From a virus (taxonomy: Duplodnaviria; Caudoviricetes), in IMG/VR virus record IMGVR_UViG_3300044676_005142, positions 1 to 39,346 of that record: a stretch of 39,346 nt of DNA; one strand, 5' to 3'. A program made the translations under genes and the position numbers. Within the stretch, counting starts at the first letter, position 1, and every line of letters starts with the position of its first letter. Under the pieces are notes generated by a model. The model searched no databases. It was not told where the DNA came from and was given only the letters and a program-made list of their open reading frames with translations. Below, one piece after another: positions 34,404-39,346 of this stretch.

Positions 34404-35023
34404 ATTATGGCGAGCTGAAGGCGGCGGTGCAGAGCTATCTGTATGACCGCAGCGACCTGGTAAACGTAATACCGACGTTTATCACCCTGGCGGAGCGGCG
34501 CATCTTTCGGCAGCTTCGAGTACCGGCTAACGAGGCCATTGTCCACTGGTCTGCGCACGAGGAGGGCTCGGTGGACCTACCCACTGACTACCTGGAAGCT
34601 AAGCTATTCACTTGCAATCAGGTGCCGCTGCAGCGCATCAGTGACCTGAATCACCTGAACTCACAGGACAAGCGCAGCGCAAGCGGTGAGCCAAAGGAGT
34701 TCAGTCGGATCGGCGCGCAACTGCACCTATACCCGTCGCCGGATAGCACGGTAGACCTGGCGCTGGTGTACTGGGCGGACCTGTCGGGCCAGTTGGTGCA
34801 GGATACCGACACCCATGAAGTGTTACGCATCGGCGCTGACCTGTATCTGCACGGGGCGCTGATGGAAGCATCAGCCTATCTCGGGCAGGACAGTCGCATA
34901 CCCGTCTGGCAGGCTCGCTATGGAGAGGAGCTGGCGCAGATACAGCAACAGGCGGCGGAAGCCGAGTATGCGGGCAGTGTCACAGCTGTGCGCGACGTTT
35001 ACCCAGACGCGAAGGGGTATTGA
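34400..35023 (+). CDS. Head-tail adaptor protein
   Basis: MNYGELKAAVQSYL.DRSDL...IPTFITLAERRI.R.LR, LPTDYLE, LYPSPD, DLYLHGALMEA. Confidence 0.85.
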   Translation: MNYGELKAAVQSYLYDRSDLVNVIPTFITLAERRIFRQLRVPANEAIVHWSAHEEGSVDLPTDYLEAKLFTCNQVPLQRISDLNHLNSQDKRSASGEPKEFSRIGAQLHLYPSPDSTVDLALVYWADLSGQLVQDTDTHEVLRIGADLYLHGALMEASAYLGQDSRIPVWQARYGEELAQIQQQAAEAEYAGSVTAVRDVYPDAKGY

Positions 35024-35024
35024 G

Positions 35025-35882
35025 ATGCCTACTGAGATAAGTGATTACATTTCGGGGCTGGACCAGTCGCGGCCGCAGGGTAGCGAATCGCTGGGTGAAG
35101 CGGACGATCATCTGCGATTAACCAAGAAGTGCATCACGCAGACGTTTCTCGGCGATGGTGACTCAGATCTCTGGGATACGGCTCTGAACATCGGCCCTCG
35201 GTACCTGAATGACCTACTGAACACCTACACGCCTGATAACTGGGTGACGCTGGACACCGAGCAGACCATCGACGGCGCAAAGACGTTTACGGCGCTGGTG
35301 CAGGCGGACATGGGTATCGCCAATGCTGACGGCAACAACCTGATATCGGAGGCTGCCGATGTCACGGCCATCAGCAACTATGCCGATACCACAGTGGTGC
35401 TGTGTGCCGATCAGGACGGGCTATCGCAAGCATGGGACACTGGCAACGTTACGGCAACGGTGCTCAACACAGCCAACGTCATGGGGCACATGCTGGATAT
35501 GCTTTACCCGGTGGGCGCGGTGTACCACTCAACAACGCCAACAGACCCCGGTACACATCTGGGCGGTACCTGGGCGCGGGTAGGCGAGGGCCGCTTTATC
35601 GCATCGGTGGGCAACCACACAGACGCCAACGGCGATGTAGTCAACTTTGCGGCGGGCGATATTGTCGAAGGCACCTATAACCACACGCTGACTGAGGCGC
35701 AGATGCCAAGCCACCGCCACGATCTTACTGTGAACAATTCCAGCTCTGGCGGTACGCACCAGATAACACGCAGCGGTGGCGGCACCACATGGAACGATCC
35801 CACTGAATTTACTGGAGGGGATGCCGAGCACAACAACACTCCGCCAGGATACGCGCTCTACGTATGGGAAAGGACGGCATGA
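35025..35882 (+). CDS. Short tail fibre/needle-like protein with a T4 gp10/gp12-like C-terminal domain
   Basis: ADDHLRLTK N-terminus, YPVGAVY, HTLTEAQMPSHRH, HNNTPPGYALYVWERTA. Start reassigned to ATG 35025. Confidence 0.75.
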   Translation: MPTEISDYISGLDQSRPQGSESLGEADDHLRLTKKCITQTFLGDGDSDLWDTALNIGPRYLNDLLNTYTPDNWVTLDTEQTIDGAKTFTALVQADMGIANADGNNLISEAADVTAISNYADTTVVLCADQDGLSQAWDTGNVTATVLNTANVMGHMLDMLYPVGAVYHSTTPTDPGTHLGGTWARVGEGRFIASVGNHTDANGDVVNFAAGDIVEGTYNHTLTEAQMPSHRHDLTVNNSSSGGTHQITRSGGGTTWNDPTEFTGGDAEHNNTPPGYALYVWERTA

Positions 35883-35883
35883 C

Positions 35884-37494
35884 ATGGACCCCATGGTCAA
35901 CGTACCAATCGACGGGATCGGCCTGAGCGGGCTAGTTAGTGATATACCCAGCCCGAAGCGCAACGCCAGCCAGCTGAGTGTTGCTGACAACATAAGAATC
36001 CAGGACGGTGAGCTATCCACCATTCCCGCGACGACCGTCGCCTATGATTTCACCACCCGCACACCCGTTTACGCACACCCGTTTTACCTGTCCGACGACT
36101 CTGGTGGTCACGTTATCTGCTTCAGTGACGGCACCATCGTGTATATCGACAGCACGGGTGCGGAGACTGACATCACGCCATCAGTGGCGCCTACGCAGAC
36201 GGATTACTTCTACGCCTGCCAGATCAACGATCTGTTTTTCATCACCAACGGCACCGATACACCTTGGCAGATTACCCAGCAGGACGTGCTAACAGCGCAG
36301 ACACTGGCGCCAATGATCAACTGGGATGCTACCTACCGGTGCCGCATTCTGGAGCCGTACAAGGGCTACATGGTGGCGGGTGACATCACCATTAACGGCG
36401 ACCCGTACCGGAGCCTGGTGAAATGGTCGCACCCGGTATCACCCGGCGATGATCGTCTGTTCTGGGATCACACCGACCCGACACTGCTGGCAGGTGAAAA
36501 CCAGCTGGCGGTGGCGGGCAGGAATATCACCGGCCTGAAGTCACTGCGCGACAATATGCTGATTTTCTTTGATCAGTCGATGTGGCGCATGTCGAACGTC
36601 GGCGGTGAGTACGTAATGGCGTTTCAAAAGGTGTTCACCGATGACGGCGCTGTAGGGCCGTTTGCGATGGCTGACTACGACGGCACCATGCTGGTGGTGG
36701 GCTTCCACGACATCTACGCCACTGACGGCAATACCAAGCGCAGTCTGTCGGATCGCAAGATAACCCGCGCGTTTTACCGCAATGCCGTGATCGACGATCA
36801 ACTGAAGATGGCCTACTACGCCGAGCGGAGGGAAATGTTCATCCTGCACCGGACCAGCAGCACCTATGCCGAGGCCGATGCGGCGCTGATCTATAACGTG
36901 GACTATTCCGCGTTCACGATCATGCGCATCCCAGGGCCGAATGGCACCGGCGGGGCAACGCATTTCTATATGGGCCCGAAATTCGGCCAAACAGATACCA
37001 CCTACGACGACGCCGAAACCAACGGCTGGACCTATGACAGTGAAGCGGAGCGGACCTACAACGAACTGCGAACTACCGACGACGATATTGTCTTTTACCT
37101 GCTGTCTGGCGAGTCGAACAACCTACAGGAGATGGACGGTCAGCTTACAACGGCGCACGAGCCGGCGCTGGTATATGCCGAGATGGACCGTATCGACATG
37201 CAAGAGCTGTTCAAAAGCACCGGCGACAAAGTTAAGTACATCTCGCGAATATTCCCCAGGGCATCAGGGGGCGGTGAGCTTCAGCTATCAGTGGGCGTAT
37301 CGATGCTACCAACTGGTGGCGTAGAGTGGAAAGGCTGGTCCACGCACGCTCTAGCAACGGGTTGGGCAGTAGGCGCCAGGGCAGCGGGGCGGTATCTCGG
37401 ATTGCGTCTTAGGATGCCGGCGGGTATCACGCAGATGTGGACGCTGCAGGGTATGGACCTGGAGCTGATGGTTCCAGACGCGGGGCGCAGATGA
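35884..37494 (+). CDS. Tail nozzle/tube protein (beta-propeller, P22 gp10-like)
   Basis: About 536 aa, beta-rich (VKWSH, LKSLRDNMLIF, GRYLGLRL). Position after the adaptor. Confidence 0.75.
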   Translation: MDPMVNVPIDGIGLSGLVSDIPSPKRNASQLSVADNIRIQDGELSTIPATTVAYDFTTRTPVYAHPFYLSDDSGGHVICFSDGTIVYIDSTGAETDITPSVAPTQTDYFYACQINDLFFITNGTDTPWQITQQDVLTAQTLAPMINWDATYRCRILEPYKGYMVAGDITINGDPYRSLVKWSHPVSPGDDRLFWDHTDPTLLAGENQLAVAGRNITGLKSLRDNMLIFFDQSMWRMSNVGGEYVMAFQKVFTDDGAVGPFAMADYDGTMLVVGFHDIYATDGNTKRSLSDRKITRAFYRNAVIDDQLKMAYYAERREMFILHRTSSTYAEADAALIYNVDYSAFTIMRIPGPNGTGGATHFYMGPKFGQTDTTYDDAETNGWTYDSEAERTYNELRTTDDDIVFYLLSGESNNLQEMDGQLTTAHEPALVYAEMDRIDMQELFKSTGDKVKYISRIFPRASGGGELQLSVGVSMLPTGGVEWKGWSTHALATGWAVGARAAGRYLGLRLRMPAGITQMWTLQGMDLELMVPDAGRR

Positions 37495-38837
37495 CCGACG
37501 CCAATCGCGATATACGTCAGCCGCTAGACGACACCCCTGTAGAGGGGATCGACAGCAGGCTAGACCAGTTACTGAACGAGCGGTTCAGGTCGCTGGCGCT
37601 TGCCATTATCCACCTGCAACAGCGCACGCTGATCGAGCCGCGTTCCGTACCGCCACAGCGCGCCTATGACGGCCAGGTAGAGTTCGCAGACGGTGTGAAC
37701 TGGTCACCTGACGGCAGCGGCCTACCCGGCATGTATTACTACTGGCAGGGTAACTGGTACGCGCTGGCGGATAACTTCCCTGGCAAAAAGCATATGCAGT
37801 GGTATGGCATCTGGTCGGCTGGCTTCTTCCCGCAAAACGCGGTGGTCTGGGATGACGGCTGGCTGATGATCTGCAACAACCCCAACGGCACCACAGACCG
37901 CGCGGCGCCGGTTCCGATTGGCCCGCTGCAGGTTGACCTGCCCGACGTACCGGCCTGGGCAGAGCAGCAGTTTCTGGGCGTCTGCTGGACCGGGCACGTT
38001 TACACGCTGACCGTGGGTGGCTGGGTGCAGGCCATACAGGTGTGGGCGCCTGAGCTCTTAGAGTCCACGAACTACCGCATCATCCTGGCCGATGTCACCG
38101 ATCCTAACGAGATCGACGTGGTCACCATCGAAGAGCCCGTCCTGAACGAGGACGCCTGGACGAGCATTAGCATCGGCAACGTACCCTACCCGCCTGGCGC
38201 AAAGATCATGGTGATACTGGACGCGTTGAACAGTGGCGGTAATACGTTTGTGACCGGTGGCTGGACCCGCAGCGCCGACGAGAACACGGCAGAGCCTGCG
38301 GCGGGGTTCTGGAACAGGCGAATCCAGAATGACCAAGTTAGGATAAATTTCACCGACCTGGATAGCGTTGATCGCCAGACTGAGTTGGAAACCATTATTG
38401 CGGGTTCGGATATCTCGTTCACCAGCACCGTGAACAGCGCCTATAGCGTTACATACCACGTTGACTCAGTCACCACGCTGGCGGGCTCTGTGCAGTACAA
38501 CGTGACCGAATCGGGCACCGGGCCGTTCGGCTCGCCACCCGTCACCCATATCTGCACGATGCAGGCGACGATACCCACGCCACAGACCACCAAGTACGTG
38601 GACATGGTCGGCTACTGGCCTGCGAATCAGCCCGCGTTTGCTGCGGTCGAAGGGGTGAAGCGCCTGGGTGGTGTGGACCAGCCCGCAACTAATGACGCAT
38701 TCGGCTGCCGAATAGGCTTTCAAGAGGCGGACGTTTCAGAGGACTGGGATTTGATGGCCTATACCGACCTGGCCAGCGCCGGCGCAGTGAGCCAGGACGA
38801 CTTGGACCAAATCATCGACATATTAGGCGGCGTGTAA
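37491..38837 (+). CDS. Putative tail-associated structural protein
   Basis: ATGA coupled to the nozzle gene. PPQRAYDGQVEFADGVNWSPDGSG N-terminal motif and a beta-rich remainder. Confidence 0.6.
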   Translation: MTDANRDIRQPLDDTPVEGIDSRLDQLLNERFRSLALAIIHLQQRTLIEPRSVPPQRAYDGQVEFADGVNWSPDGSGLPGMYYYWQGNWYALADNFPGKKHMQWYGIWSAGFFPQNAVVWDDGWLMICNNPNGTTDRAAPVPIGPLQVDLPDVPAWAEQQFLGVCWTGHVYTLTVGGWVQAIQVWAPELLESTNYRIILADVTDPNEIDVVTIEEPVLNEDAWTSISIGNVPYPPGAKIMVILDALNSGGNTFVTGGWTRSADENTAEPAAGFWNRRIQNDQVRINFTDLDSVDRQTELETIIAGSDISFTSTVNSAYSVTYHVDSVTTLAGSVQYNVTESGTGPFGSPPVTHICTMQATIPTPQTTKYVDMVGYWPANQPAFAAVEGVKRLGGVDQPATNDAFGCRIGFQEADVSEDWDLMAYTDLASAGAVSQDDLDQIIDILGGV

Positions 38838-39346
38838 TGCAGTATTACCAAGACCCCATGATGTTCAACCCGTATGCCGACATGATGGGCGGCGGGTATG
38901 GATACGACCCCAGCCAGCAGGAAGAATTTGCACGCATGTTGGCCGAGCAGCAGCGCCAGCAGCAGGAACAGGAGCAGCAAAATCAGAGCATGTCTCAGGA
39001 CTTTGGCGATCAGTTGTCCGACTACATGAACGGGCAGCAGGCGGCGAATCCTTCAGCCTATTCACAGATGGCAGGCCCGGAAGCATTCCAGATCGCTGGC
39101 GCGCAGGGAGCACCAGCCAGCACGGGCGTTAGTACCCTATCAGGCGCACCGATCACCATGACCGCGCCGGGATTAGGTAGCGCAGGCACCATAGGTGGCG
39201 CCACAGCGCCCTCAGCGGCCACAGGGGTGACGTCCATGACTGGCGCACCCATTACGCTGTCTGCGGCAGGGCAGGCCGGTATGGCGCCAGCCAGCGCGTT
39301 TACACTGGGCGGGGCGGGCGGTGCTACTGGTGGCGCAGCGGTTGTG
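38837..39346 (+). CDS. Putative ejection/pilot protein, N-terminal part (3'-truncated, not in ORF track)
   Basis: TAATG coupling. MQYYQDPMMFNPYADMMGGGYG..., Gln-rich then Gly/Ala-rich, open to the window end. Confidence 0.6.
   Translation, partial: MQYYQDPMMFNPYADMMGGGYGYDPSQQEEFARMLAEQQRQQQEQEQQNQSMSQDFGDQLSDYMNGQQAANPSAYSQMAGPEAFQIAGAQGAPASTGVSTLSGAPITMTAPGLGSAGTIGGATAPSAATGVTSMTGAPITLSAAGQAGMAPASAFTLGGAGGATGGAAVV

Noticed and set aside
329-39252. Many antisense and alternative-frame ORFs in the track
   Set aside because: Shadow ORFs of GC-rich coding sequence, with no motifs or RBS, lying opposite well-supported genes.

Overview
The whole window is one tailed dsDNA phage genome fragment of podovirus type. 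It opens and closes inside the DNA-ejection gene block, so it probably covers most of a circularly permuted genome. Gene order: ejection proteins (1-4780); a leftward early recombination operon (SSB-like, YqaJ exonuclease, ERF); a divergent control region (Cro-like HTH, Arc-like RHH); an AAA_25/RepA-type helicase followed by an iteron cluster; a TcmP-like methyltransferase-fold gene plus a ParB-DUF5131 fusion; a nin-like region of small genes (NinB, VRR-NUC); an inverted PEP-CTERM-like moron; small and large terminase; about 10 kb of Ig-repeat, spike-fibre and beta-helix genes between terminase and portal; portal; scaffold; major capsid; adaptor; tail proteins. The best-supported unusual feature is the major capsid gene, which is split by two related group I introns (32276-33148 with an HNH homing endonuclease in P8, and 33545-33786 with no ORF). 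Removing both restores a 305-aa reading frame. I recognised no integrase, CI repressor, DNA polymerase, primase, endolysin, tRNA, rRNA or CRISPR array. All family assignments come from motif recognition by eye; no database search was run.
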